Assembly: GCA_963632615.1 (NCBI GenBank)
Contig: CAVGVF010000001.1
Span: 72,636-136,635, forward strand
Reading direction: 5' to 3'
From: an uncultured Eubacteriales bacterium
GTDB taxonomy: Bacteria; Pseudomonadota; Alphaproteobacteria; RF32; CAG-239
Length of the DNA stretch: 64,000 bases
How positions within the stretch are numbered: the stretch's first letter is position 1; each line of letters starts with the position of its first letter. A program made the position numbers and the translations under genes. Shown piece by piece: positions 10,876-20,358 of this stretch. Under the pieces are notes generated by a model. It ran no database searches. It was not told the origin of the DNA and saw only the letters and a list, made by a program, of their open reading frames with translations.

Positions 10876-11446
10876 TTACCATTCTTTCAAAAGTCCAAAC
10901 ATCGGTAATTTTCTGCACAAAGTTTTCATCGCCTTCCACAACTTCGCCCTGCGCGTTGCGCAGCAGATTAACCTGCTCGCTTACAAATTCTACCACAACT
11001 TTAATGCTGTTTTTCAAAAATCTGACGTCTTTAACTTCTTTCTTATCAAAACAGATAAAATCTACTTCCGATGTCATATTATTTTCTTTACGTTCCGCCA
11101 AAGCATTATTAAATGCTTCAAAAACTTTTTTACTGATTAAATCTTTAACCGGCTGCAAATCGCCTTTGCTGAAAGCCTGTAAAACCAATTCAAAAACTTT
11201 TCCGGCGCCCTGCAAAAACATTTCTTTATTAAATTCTTCTGCGGATTCAGCTTTTTCGGCAGCGTTATCCACAGCTTCTTTAGCTTTTACAATCTGCACC
11301 ACATTATCAACAACCGCTTCATCATTTTTATTTACCGGTTTCAAAACAACATGTACGCTTTTATCATCGCTTTCCTTGCCGAAAACGCTGTAAAGACGCA
11401 TTGCCACAAAAGCTACCAACACAAATAAAAAAATTAAATCAGTCAT
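10826..11446 (-). CDS. Tim44-like domain protein
   Basis: N-terminal transmembrane helix then a Tim44-like C-terminal domain. Conserved alphaproteobacterial neighbour of secB. Confidence 0.55.
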   Translation of the reverse strand: MTDLIFLFVLVAFVAMRLYSVFGKESDDKSVHVVLKPVNKNDEAVVDNVVQIVKAKEAVDNAAEKAESAEEFNKEMFLQGAGKVFELVLQAFSKGDLQPVKDLISKKVFEAFNNALAERKENNMTSEVDFICFDKKEVKDVRFLKNSIKVVVEFVSEQVNLLRNAQGEVVEGDENFVQKITDVWTFERMVNAKNNNWVLVSTKKTA

Positions 11447-11563
11447 AAATCTCTTTTAACCTCTCAAAACATACTCTAATAATATAAAACAAATAAAATT
11501 TTTATCAATATAAATATTTGACGATTAGATTTTTTCGTATTATCTCTTAATAAACTGAAATTT

Positions 11564-12046
11564 ATGGAGAAAAAAATGGAAAATACTCAAAATAATAATC
11601 AACAACCTGCCGGAATTATGATTCACAGCCAATACATCAAAGATATGTCTTTGGAAATTCCTTTGGCTCCTGAAATCTTTAAGGAAATGAACAAAAATCC
11701 TAATGTCAACATAGACATGGGTATGAACAGCAAAAAAATGGAAGACGGCAACTACAATGTTACCTTAACCGCTAAAATGAATGCCGATATTGAAGGCAAA
11801 ACATTATTCATCGTTGAATTGTCATACGCTGCCGTAGTTTCCGTAAATGTTCCGGAAGAACATTTAGAGCCGGTTTTGTATATTGAAATGCCGCGCCTGC
11901 TGTTCCCGTTTGTCCGCAGCATTATCGCCAACAGCCTGTCGGCTGCCGGTTTGCCTCCGATGCTGCTGAGTCCGGTAGACTTTGTGGCTTTATATAATGC
12001 TAAAAAAGCCAGAGAAGCTGAAGAAGCAGCTAAAAAATCAGCTTAA
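11564..12046 (+). CDS. secB: protein-export chaperone SecB
   Basis: 160 aa with SecB-like core (IKDMSLE...LLFPFVRSII) and an acidic C-terminus. Confidence 0.7.
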   Translation: MEKKMENTQNNNQQPAGIMIHSQYIKDMSLEIPLAPEIFKEMNKNPNVNIDMGMNSKKMEDGNYNVTLTAKMNADIEGKTLFIVELSYAAVVSVNVPEEHLEPVLYIEMPRLLFPFVRSIIANSLSAAGLPPMLLSPVDFVALYNAKKAREAEEAAKKSA

Positions 12047-12065
12047 TTTATAGAAAGTACCGACC

Positions 12066-12542
12066 ATGCGCTTAGCTTTATATCAACCTGATATTCCGCA
12101 AAACACCGGAACTCTTTTACGATTGGGCGCCTGCCTTAATCTTGAGTTGGATATTATTGAGCCTTGCGGATTCATTTTTAATGAAAAAGCTATGCGCCGC
12201 GCCGGTATGGATTATTTAGACCTTGTACATTGCCGCCGCCACAACAGCTGGGCGGATTTTATGGAATACCGCGCACAGCATCCGGAAGAATACGGACGCT
12301 TGGTGCTGATGACAACGCACGGCGCGGATTCGTTTCTAGATTTCGAGTTTAAGCCTAACGATATAATTTTAATGGGGCGCGAAAGCGCCGGAGTGCCGGA
12401 AGAAATACATGAACTAGCCGATGCGCAGCTGCTGATTCCGATGTCGCCGGAAGCCCGTTCAATCAATATGGCTGTTTCCGCCGCCATGGCTTTGACCGAA
12501 GCGCTCAGACAGACAAAATTATTTCCAAAAATTAAAAAATAG
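12066..12542 (+). CDS. trmL: tRNA (cytidine/uridine-2'-O)-methyltransferase TrmL (SpoU family)
   Basis: 158 aa; N-terminus LYQPDIPQNTGTLLRLGACLN matches the TrmL/YibK pattern. Confidence 0.65.
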   Translation: MRLALYQPDIPQNTGTLLRLGACLNLELDIIEPCGFIFNEKAMRRAGMDYLDLVHCRRHNSWADFMEYRAQHPEEYGRLVLMTTHGADSFLDFEFKPNDIILMGRESAGVPEEIHELADAQLLIPMSPEARSINMAVSAAMALTEALRQTKLFPKIKK

Positions 12543-12639
12543 TGAAAAATTTACAAAATTTTGCATTTTTACTCTGGATTTAACCCGAAAAATGTGATAT
12601 ATTCACTAATGTTTTCGTGATAAATTTTATTTTTCTGGA

Positions 12640-13152
12640 GTGAACATGAGTATTAAAAAATTACCATCACTAACTTTTAACGCCGGCGAATATGTCGTTT
12701 ATCCAACTCATGGTGTGGGTAAAGTTGCTGACGTGACCAAACAAAATATTGCCGGTTCCGAGCTTGAGCTTCTGGTGGTAAATTTTGACAAGGATAAAAT
12801 GACTCTGCGCATTCCGACTTCCAAAATTCAGCATGTCGGCCTGCGTAAAATCTCTGATGACAAAACAATGAATGAAGCTTTTGCCACCCTTAAAGGCAAA
12901 GCTAAAGTCCGTAAAATTATGTGGTCGCGCCGTGCACAGGAATATGAAAATAAAATCAATTCCGGCAATCCGGTAGCCATTGCCGAAGTTATCCGCGATT
13001 TATACCGCAATGAAAATATTGCCGAACAATCTTACAGCGAACGCCAAATCTATGAACAGGCTGTCAGCCGCTTGGCCAGTGAAGTTTCTGTTTACAGCAA
13101 CTGTTCACTAGAAGAAGCTAATAAAAAATTGCTGGATATCCTGTCTAAATAA
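12640..13152 (+). CDS. cdnL: CarD/CdnL-family transcriptional regulator
   Basis: CarD_CdnL_TRCF N-terminal domain (EYVVYPTHGVGKV); 170 aa. Confidence 0.75.
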   Translation: MNMSIKKLPSLTFNAGEYVVYPTHGVGKVADVTKQNIAGSELELLVVNFDKDKMTLRIPTSKIQHVGLRKISDDKTMNEAFATLKGKAKVRKIMWSRRAQEYENKINSGNPVAIAEVIRDLYRNENIAEQSYSERQIYEQAVSRLASEVSVYSNCSLEEANKKLLDILSK

Positions 13153-13177
13153 AGGCTATAAAAAAGTGCATTAAAAA

Positions 13178-13212
13178 GGCTGTCTCAGTTTGGACAGCCT
13201 TTTTATTTTTTG
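13178..13212 (+). terminator. intrinsic terminator after cdnL
   Basis: ggctgtctcagtttggacagcc hairpin followed by a T-run. Confidence 0.7.
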
Positions 13213-13390
13213 CGTAAAAATAAGCAATTATGTCCATATTTTTTTTGCCTTAAAATGTAATATTTTGCTTGAAGTCTGACGTTTTGTGTTATACATTCTA
13301 GGCAAATTGAAGTTTTTTAATTTTAGTTATGGCTCGCTTGCGGGCTGTGACTTCGTTTTAACAAAATAGCTAATAGGAGCTTAAATAACC

Positions 13391-16069
13391 ATGAGTAAAT
13401 GGGTATATACATTTGGAAATGGCAAAGCAGAAGGCGATGCCAACATGCGTAATCTCCTGGGCGGTAAAGGTGCTAACTTGGCAGAAATGAACAAAGTTGG
13501 CTTGCCTGTTCCTCCTGGATTCACCGTTACAACAGACGTTTGCACATATTACTATGCAAACAACAACACATATCCTGCTGACTTGAAAGACCAAGTTAAA
13601 ACAGCTGTTGCCGGCGTTGAAGCCATTATGGGTAAAAAATTTGCTGATCCGGAAAATCCGCTGTTGTTCTCTGTTCGTTCCGGCGCTAGAATTTCTATGC
13701 CAGGTATGATGGACACCGTTTTGAACCTTGGTTTGAACGATGAAAGCGTAAAAGGTTTGGCTAAAGTTTCCGGCAACGAAAGATTCGCTTATGATTCTTA
13801 CCGCCGTTTTATCCAAATGTTCTCTGATGTAGTTTTGGGTGCAGACCTTGATGAATATGAAGGCGCTCTTGAAGCTATGAAAAAAGCCAAAGGTTATGCA
13901 TCTGATACAGATATGACAACCGAAGACTTGAAAGAATTGGTAAAAGAATACAAAGAAATCGGCAAAAAATTGGGCAAAGTTGTTCCTCAAGATCCTTGGG
14001 AACAGTTGTGGCTCGGGATCGGCGCCGTATTTGGTTCTTGGAACGCTGCCCGCGCTATTACTTACCGTAAATTGAACAACATCCCTGGCGATTGGGGTAC
14101 AGCTTGTAACGTTCAAACCATGGTATTCGGTAATGCCGGTAATGATTCTGCAACCGGTGTATGCTTCTCTCGTGACCCTGCAACCGGTGAAAACAGATAT
14201 TACGGTGAATACTTAATCAACGCTCAAGGTGAAGACGTTGTGGCTGGTATTCGTACTCCGCAGCCTATGGGTTCTGAAGGTAAAGGCAACTCTTTGGAAG
14301 AATTGTGGCCTGATTTGTACAAACAGCTTGTAGATGTACGCAACGCTTTGGAAGCACACTACAAAGATATGCAGGATATGGAATTCACTATTGAACACAA
14401 AAAATTGTGGATGCTGCAATGCCGTAACGGTAAAAGAACTGCCGCTGCTGCTGTAAGAATGGCTGTTGAAATGGTAAACGAAGGTTTGCTGACTAAAGAA
14501 GAAGCTATTATGCGCGTTGGTGCTGACCAATTAGACCAATTGTTGCACCCAATGTTGGACCCTAAAGCCAATAAAAAAGTTATTGCTAACGGTTTGCCTG
14601 CATCTCCTGGTGCTGCTGTGGGCCGTGCTGTATTCTGCGCTGAAGATGCAGAAGCTTGGGCTGCTAAAGGCGAAAAAGTTATCCTTATCCGTAACGAAAC
14701 TTCTCCGGAAGATATCGGCGGTATGCACGCTTCTCAAGGTGTGATTACTGCCCGCGGCGGTATGACTTCTCACGCTGCTGTGGTTGCCCGCGGTATGGGT
14801 ACTCCTTGCGTATCAGGTTCAACAGATATCACTATTGACTACAAGTCTAAAACAATGTCTACAAAATGCGGCGTTGTAATTAAAGAAGGCGATTGGGTAT
14901 CTTTGGACGGCGCTAAAGGTCAAATCATTGAAGGCGAAATCCCGACTGTAAGCGCATCTATGACCGGTAACTTCGGTACATTCATGAGCTGGGTTGATGA
15001 AATCCGCACAATGCATGTTCGCGCTAACGCTGAAACACCTGCTGATGCTAAACAAGCTTTGGCATTCGGTGCTGAAGGTATTGGTTTGGCTCGTACCGAA
15101 CACATGTTCTTTGACGCTAAAAGAATTTCTGATATGCGCACAATGATTTTGTCTGATGACGAAGCCGGCCGCCGTGCTGCTTTGGCTAAATTGTTGCCAT
15201 ACCAAAAAGAAGACTTCAAAGAATTGTACAGAACCATGAACGGTTTCCCTGTAGTTATTCGTTTGCTGGATCCGCCGCTCCATGAATTTTTGCCTCACAC
15301 AGATGCAGAAATGCAGGAATTGGCTGATAAAATGGGCAAAACTTTAGCCGAAGTTAAAAACCGCGCTAACTCTTTGCACGAAATGAACCCTATGTTGGGT
15401 CACCGCGGCTGCCGTTTGCCGATTACATATCCAGAAATTTGCGAAATGCAAACCCGTGCTATATTGGAAGCTGCTATGGAATGCCGTGACGAAGGCGTAA
15501 ATGTTATGCCTGAAATCGAAGTTCCATTGGTTGGTTCTAAGAAAGAATTGGATATCGTTAAAAACATCATTGATACAACTGCTCAAAAGATTTTTGCTGA
15601 AAAAGGCAAATCTATTGAATATGAAGTTGGTACCATGATTGAATTGCCGAGAGCCGCTTTGATGGCTGAAGAAATCGCTGCTTCTGCTGCATTCTTTGGT
15701 TTTGGTACAAACGACTTGACTCAAACAACTTTGGGTATGAGCCGTGACGATACCGGTGCTATCTTGGATTGCTATCGTGCAAAAGGCATTTATGTTGCTG
15801 ATCCGTTTGCTTCTATTGATGTTGACGGCGTTGGTAAATTGGTTAAACGCGCTTGCGAATATGGCCGTAAAACTAACCCAGACTTGTTGTTGGGTGTTTG
15901 CGGTGAACACGGTGGCGACCCTAAATCCATCGAGTTCTTCCAACAGTGCGGCTTAGACTATGTATCTTGCTCACCGTTCCGTGTACCGGTAGCACGTTTG
16001 GCTGCTGCTCAAGCTGCTATCAAATACGGCAAAACTCAAAAAGACCACGCAGAAAAGAAAGCTGCTTAA
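13391..16069 (+). CDS. ppdK: pyruvate, phosphate dikinase
   Basis: 892 aa with a PEP-utilising-enzyme mobile domain (phosphohistidine region GGMTSHAAVVARG) and a TIM-barrel C-terminus. Confidence 0.95.
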   Translation: MSKWVYTFGNGKAEGDANMRNLLGGKGANLAEMNKVGLPVPPGFTVTTDVCTYYYANNNTYPADLKDQVKTAVAGVEAIMGKKFADPENPLLFSVRSGARISMPGMMDTVLNLGLNDESVKGLAKVSGNERFAYDSYRRFIQMFSDVVLGADLDEYEGALEAMKKAKGYASDTDMTTEDLKELVKEYKEIGKKLGKVVPQDPWEQLWLGIGAVFGSWNAARAITYRKLNNIPGDWGTACNVQTMVFGNAGNDSATGVCFSRDPATGENRYYGEYLINAQGEDVVAGIRTPQPMGSEGKGNSLEELWPDLYKQLVDVRNALEAHYKDMQDMEFTIEHKKLWMLQCRNGKRTAAAAVRMAVEMVNEGLLTKEEAIMRVGADQLDQLLHPMLDPKANKKVIANGLPASPGAAVGRAVFCAEDAEAWAAKGEKVILIRNETSPEDIGGMHASQGVITARGGMTSHAAVVARGMGTPCVSGSTDITIDYKSKTMSTKCGVVIKEGDWVSLDGAKGQIIEGEIPTVSASMTGNFGTFMSWVDEIRTMHVRANAETPADAKQALAFGAEGIGLARTEHMFFDAKRISDMRTMILSDDEAGRRAALAKLLPYQKEDFKELYRTMNGFPVVIRLLDPPLHEFLPHTDAEMQELADKMGKTLAEVKNRANSLHEMNPMLGHRGCRLPITYPEICEMQTRAILEAAMECRDEGVNVMPEIEVPLVGSKKELDIVKNIIDTTAQKIFAEKGKSIEYEVGTMIELPRAALMAEEIAASAAFFGFGTNDLTQTTLGMSRDDTGAILDCYRAKGIYVADPFASIDVDGVGKLVKRACEYGRKTNPDLLLGVCGEHGGDPKSIEFFQQCGLDYVSCSPFRVPVARLAAAQAAIKYGKTQKDHAEKKAA

Positions 16070-16094
16070 TCTTTAGAGCCAGTACAAAAAAATT

Positions 16095-16127
16095 CTCCCC
16101 GTTATTAACTTAGCGGGGAGTTTTTTT
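16095..16127 (+). terminator. intrinsic terminator after ppdK
   Basis: ctccccgttattaacttagcggggag hairpin followed by a T-run. Confidence 0.75.
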
Positions 16128-16132
16128 AGTGC

Positions 16133-16921
16133 TTAAAAACTAACTTGTACAGCATATCTGTATTTACTTGGATCTTTTCCTTTATAAGCAGAACATAACT
16201 CATTCATATCATTGAAATTCATATTATTCATACATCTTACGCCTTTAGTGCAATAGCGATTTCCCCAAACGCTATACATTTTTATATCTCCGGCCAGCGG
16301 TTCACGCCATATTTTCCGGACATTATCCTTAAAATTCAAAGCAGCTTCCATAAAGGCCTGACAGACTTTAGGGCTAGCACTGTCAAAACCTAACCAATAA
16401 AAGAAGCCGAACGCCCTGCTTCCTTTATTACCGCTTGAATATAAAGTTACACCAAAGCCGTGTGAATCTTGAAAAGCATTTCCCCGCACATATTTAAATT
16501 CTCTCGGCAGCATATTTAGACTTTTCATAGTATATACATAATTTGTTTCCGTTCCCCAGCCGCCGATTTCTTGATTATTAAAATCATTTCTAATTTGTAT
16601 AAAATTATAAAAAACCTCAGTCCAGGCATCTCTTAATTTAATAAATTTATACCGTTCCATAGCTTTAGAGTAACCGGCAATACCACCCACGCTAAGAACC
16701 GCGATAATCGCCAGCACGCCCAGCATTTCTATCATTGAGCGGCCAACACAATTACCTGTCACACTTGGCTTTGAGCGAAGCGAATTCGCCGAGTGTCCAG
16801 GATGGTACATCCGATTAAAAAACTTGCAACAAATACTAAACACGCGTCCCAAGCACCAGTCATTGCCGGACATGACGGAGAACAAACGAAAGCTAAAACC
16901 ATTATTCAAATTATTATTCAT
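16133..16921 (-). CDS. prepilin-type N-terminal cleavage/methylation domain protein (type IV pilin/pseudopilin-like), paralogue 1
   Basis: Contains G-RSMIEMLGVLAIIAVLSVGGIAGY with Glu at +5 and a hydrophobic helix. The ATG at 16921 sits behind RBS GGAGG in exactly the same leader context as paralogue 2. The leader peptide is unusually long (49 aa); an internal Met at 16810 would give a 23-aa leader. Confidence 0.6.
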   Translation of the reverse strand: MNNNLNNGFSFRLFSVMSGNDWCLGRVFSICCKFFNRMYHPGHSANSLRSKPSVTGNCVGRSMIEMLGVLAIIAVLSVGGIAGYSKAMERYKFIKLRDAWTEVFYNFIQIRNDFNNQEIGGWGTETNYVYTMKSLNMLPREFKYVRGNAFQDSHGFGVTLYSSGNKGSRAFGFFYWLGFDSASPKVCQAFMEAALNFKDNVRKIWREPLAGDIKMYSVWGNRYCTKGVRCMNNMNFNDMNELCSAYKGKDPSKYRYAVQVSF

Positions 16922-16945
16922 ATTTCTGAACCTCCTTAAACAAAT

Positions 16946-17126
16946 AAAAAAACAAAACCCACCAAAATGGCGGGCGGATGTTCAGAAACCGTACTATACT
17001 AAAACGGCTCGGCTTATTCAGCTCATAGCCTTATTTAGCCGACATCCGCTCTAGGCAGAAATCGGCATAAAAAAATTTTAAGTCGTTTATGCATAACGAC
17101 TAGTATAGAAAGGGTTTCTGACGCCC
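16946..17126 (-). promoter_or_regulatory. conserved structured 5' leader element (copy 1) ending in a terminator-like hairpin plus U-tract
   Basis: About 85% identical to 30390-30575 in reverse-complement orientation. Compensatory changes lie in two helices. Putative promoter TTGCTT-N18-TATACT at 17148-17177 on the minus strand. Confidence 0.6.
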
Positions 17127-17371
17127 TGCATTTTGCAATGCAGTTTTAGTATAGCTTATCGCCGTTAAAATAAGCAAGGAAAATTTGAAATTATATTTAC
17201 TGTAAATATAGTGATAAATAAAATAGAGAAAAAATTAAATGAAATCAGTACAAAACTTTCAGAAACTCGGATAGCGTGTATAAATGCGACGGAATTTTTA
17301 AGCGACGTGTACACAATAGTACACGAGCGCAAAAATCCCTAGCAGATACCAGCTAGACGAGTTTCATACCA

Positions 17372-18625
17372 CTATGAGTTCATGTTTTGGAAAAAGTCCG
17401 CATTATTCTTAGTCTGACGCAGCTTATCTAATAAAAATTCCATACCATCGGTCATACCCATTTGCATTAAGACACGACGCAGAACCCACATTTTTGTTAA
17501 GGTTGCACGGTCTACAAGCATTTCTTCTTTACGGGTGCCGGAACGGGTAATATCTATAGTCGGGAACAAACGCTTATCAGTAAGCTTTCTATCCAAAATG
17601 ATTTCTGAGTTACCGGTACCTTTGAACTCTTCAAAAATAACTTCATCCATACGCGAACCGGTATCAATCAAAGCTGTGGCGATAATCGTCAAAGAACCGC
17701 CTTCTTCCACATTGCGAGCTGCACCTAAAAGGCGTTTAGGACGCTGCAGAGCGTTGGCATCCACACCGCCGGTAAGCACCTTGCCTGATGACGGAACAAC
17801 CGCATTGTAGGCGCGTCCTAAGCGGGTTATGGAATCTAAAAGAATTACCACGTCTTTTTTATTTTCGACCAAACGCTTGGCTTTTTCAATGCACATTTCA
17901 GCCACCTGAACATGGCGGGTAGCCGGTTCATCAAAAGTAGAAGATATAACTTCGCCTTTAACCGAACGCGTCATATCCGTAACTTCTTCCGGGCGCTCGT
18001 CAATCAGCAGCACCATCAAATATACTTCCGGATGATTTGTAGAAATGGCATGGGCAATATTCTGCAGCATAACGGTTTTACCAGTACGCGGAGGAGCCAC
18101 AATCAAGCCGCGCTGGCCTTTGCCCTGCGGAGCGATTAAGTCAATCACGCGGGTAGTATAGTCCTTATCGCCGCAAATAATATCAAAATTCAGCTTTTCT
18201 GTCGGATATAGCGGCGTCAAGTTATCAAAATTTACACGCAGCTTAGATTTTTCCGGGTCGTCAAAGTTAATAGCATTAACTTTAGTCAAAGCAAAATAGC
18301 GTTCATTATCTTTTGGCGCGCGGATTTCGCCCTCTACAGTATCGCCTGTGCGCAGACCGAATTTCTTAACCTGAGCAGGAGATACATATATATCATCAGG
18401 GCTGGCCAGATAATTAGATTTAGATGAACGCAAAAAGCCGAACCCGTCCTGCAGAACTTCTATAACGCCGTCGCCGCAGATAACAGTATCTACTTCGGCC
18501 AATTTTTTCATAATGGCAAAAATCAAATCCTGAACACGCATAGAAGATGCGTCTTCAACTCCCAAATCCTCGGCCTGAGTCAACAGCTCTGTCGGAGATT
18601 TCTCCTTTAATTCCTTTAAATGCAT
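17372..18625 (-). CDS. rho: transcription termination factor Rho
   Basis: 417 aa; N-terminal RNA-binding domain, Walker A and hexameric RecA-like core. Confidence 0.95.
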   Translation of the reverse strand: MHLKELKEKSPTELLTQAEDLGVEDASSMRVQDLIFAIMKKLAEVDTVICGDGVIEVLQDGFGFLRSSKSNYLASPDDIYVSPAQVKKFGLRTGDTVEGEIRAPKDNERYFALTKVNAINFDDPEKSKLRVNFDNLTPLYPTEKLNFDIICGDKDYTTRVIDLIAPQGKGQRGLIVAPPRTGKTVMLQNIAHAISTNHPEVYLMVLLIDERPEEVTDMTRSVKGEVISSTFDEPATRHVQVAEMCIEKAKRLVENKKDVVILLDSITRLGRAYNAVVPSSGKVLTGGVDANALQRPKRLLGAARNVEEGGSLTIIATALIDTGSRMDEVIFEEFKGTGNSEIILDRKLTDKRLFPTIDITRSGTRKEEMLVDRATLTKMWVLRRVLMQMGMTDGMEFLLDKLRQTKNNADFFQNMNS

Positions 18626-19061
18626 ACTAACCTTAAATTTTTGTGATTGTTAAAAATTGAGCAATAAACATTGAAATGTTTGTTGCTATGCTTATATAAA
18701 ATATGCAAGCAAAAGTCAATCGTTTTTATGCACAAAAAATTACCCCTTTTAAAATTTAAAAAATAAATAGTTATTGTTATTTATCCCTGCGCAAAATGTG
18801 GATAAGATTCTATCCACAGACTTACTAACATTAACAAATTATTTAATAAGGTTAATAAAAAGTTAATGATTCAAGAAGTTAAAAAATAGTTAATAAATAT
18901 TTTCAACATATCTTAATAAAAAGGTTTAGATGTTAATAAGTTTGTATAACGTTTTTACAAAAAGTGAATACTTTGTTAAAAACTTTATAGAAGCTGAACT
19001 TATGCACATTTAAAGGTTTTATTGTGGATAAGATTCATAAGTTTTTGATATAAGGCAAAAG
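18626..19061. promoter_or_regulatory. candidate chromosomal replication origin (oriC)
   Basis: Perfect DnaA boxes TGTGGATAA at 18797-18805 and 19024-19032, an inverted 8/9 box at 18810-18818, and a partial TTATCC at 18781. TTAA-N7-TTAA at 18852-18866 and 18879-18893. AT-rich, between rho and coaE-dnaQ. Confidence 0.55.
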
Positions 19062-19649
19062 ATGAAAATTATAGCGATTACTGGTTCCATAGGCTGCGGT
19101 AAATCTTTTTTGGCGAATATTATACGGAGTCTCGGATATGTGGTTTATGATGCCGACAAGTGGGTTAAATATTTGTACTACCGTCCGGCGTTTTTAAAAG
19201 TTATTAAGCAAAATTTTCCGGAAGTTTTTGAGGCTGACGGTGTTTTTAATAAACGAAAATTAAGAAATTTGGTGTTTAATAATAATCAAGAGTTAAAACG
19301 GCTTGAAAAGTTAGTTCATCCCTTTTTAAAGCAAAAATTATTAAATGTTATCCGTAAAAATTCACAGACAAACCGAGTTTTCTTTTTTGATGCGGCTTTG
19401 CTGTTTGAAATGAAGTGGAATATTTATTGTCAGTCGGTTATTTTGGCTGATGTAGATAAAAATATTCAAAAACAGCGTGTTATGGCTCGCGATAATATAA
19501 GTGCTGAGGATTTTGAAAAAATTGTATCGGTGCAAATCGATAATGAGCAGAAAAAGCAATTTGCAGATGCGGTTATAAATACGGACAAGGCTGAAAATTT
19601 ACTGAAAGCCGAACTGATTGAAATTATAGAAGAGTTAATAAATGCGTGA
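19062..19649 (+). CDS. coaE: dephospho-CoA kinase
   Basis: P-loop ITGSIGCGKS; 195 aa. Confidence 0.85.
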   Translation: MKIIAITGSIGCGKSFLANIIRSLGYVVYDADKWVKYLYYRPAFLKVIKQNFPEVFEADGVFNKRKLRNLVFNNNQELKRLEKLVHPFLKQKLLNVIRKNSQTNRVFFFDAALLFEMKWNIYCQSVILADVDKNIQKQRVMARDNISAEDFEKIVSVQIDNEQKKQFADAVINTDKAENLLKAELIEIIEELINA

Positions 19650-20358
19650 GATATGTTTTGATACAGAAACAACAGGTTTTGATCCGGATACCGGCGACAG
19701 ATTGGTAGAAATCGGCGCGGTTGAGCTTATTAACCATTTGCCGACCGGTAAAATTTATCATGAATACATCAATCCGGAACGCGATGTGCCGGAAGAAGTT
19801 GTAAAAGTCCATGGTTTGGATAATGAATTTTTGAAAGATAAGCCGATATTCAGCAAAATAGCGCAGTCATGGGTTGATTTTATCGGCGATGACGGAATTT
19901 TGGTGGCGCATAACGCTGCATTCGACTTAAAATTTATTAACTTTGAACTAAAAAGATGCGGATTTCAAACCTATGATTGGGATAGGGTAGTTGATACCTT
20001 AGCTATTGCAAAGAATGAATTTCCTGGTGCCAGAAATAATTTGGATGCTTTGTGCCGGCGTTTTAATATAGATAACTCCGCACGTACTTTCCACGGCGCT
20101 TTATTGGATGCTCAGCTGCTGGCAGAAGTGTATCTGCAGCTTTTGGGCGGCGATGAGCCGAGTATAAACTTTGTTAAAGCTTCGGAGGAAACGGCTAATA
20201 AGCATGCCGAAAATATCAGCTTTGCGGCCGAAAATGTGCAGAAGCGCAGTTTTCCTTTGTCGGCTGAAGAACAGCAGGCTCATCTTGATTTTTTGAGTAA
20301 AAGTATAAAAAATGCCTTATGGCTGCAAGACACCGAAAGCGATGCTGAAAATGCTTAA
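19642..20358 (+). CDS. dnaQ: DNA polymerase III epsilon subunit (3'-5' exonuclease)
   Basis: Exo I/II/III motifs (FDTETTG, HNAAFD, H..LLDA); overlaps coaE by 8 nt. Confidence 0.85.
   Translation: MREICFDTETTGFDPDTGDRLVEIGAVELINHLPTGKIYHEYINPERDVPEEVVKVHGLDNEFLKDKPIFSKIAQSWVDFIGDDGILVAHNAAFDLKFINFELKRCGFQTYDWDRVVDTLAIAKNEFPGARNNLDALCRRFNIDNSARTFHGALLDAQLLAEVYLQLLGGDEPSINFVKASEETANKHAENISFAAENVQKRSFPLSAEEQQAHLDFLSKSIKNALWLQDTESDAENA

Noticed and set aside
13370-16069. Multiple minus-strand ORFs antisense to ppdK (13370-14116, 14819-15298, 15344-15943) and antisense ORFs within rho, lepA, typA, trkA and lysS.
   Set aside because: They lie entirely within strongly supported housekeeping genes. 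These are typical shadow ORFs.
16824-17054. Track ORFs 16824-17054 (+) and 30407-30703 (-) share peptide stretches (FIFLNL..KQNP...ARLIQxIALFSRHP), which could suggest a conserved small protein antisense to the pilin leaders.
   Set aside because: The similarity follows from the conserved leader DNA. Between the conserved blocks the two translations differ completely and in length, because the copies differ by non-triplet indels and by compensatory stem changes. No RBS or conserved start is present, and one ORF begins inside the pilin coding region. Selection on RNA structure explains the pattern better than selection on a protein.
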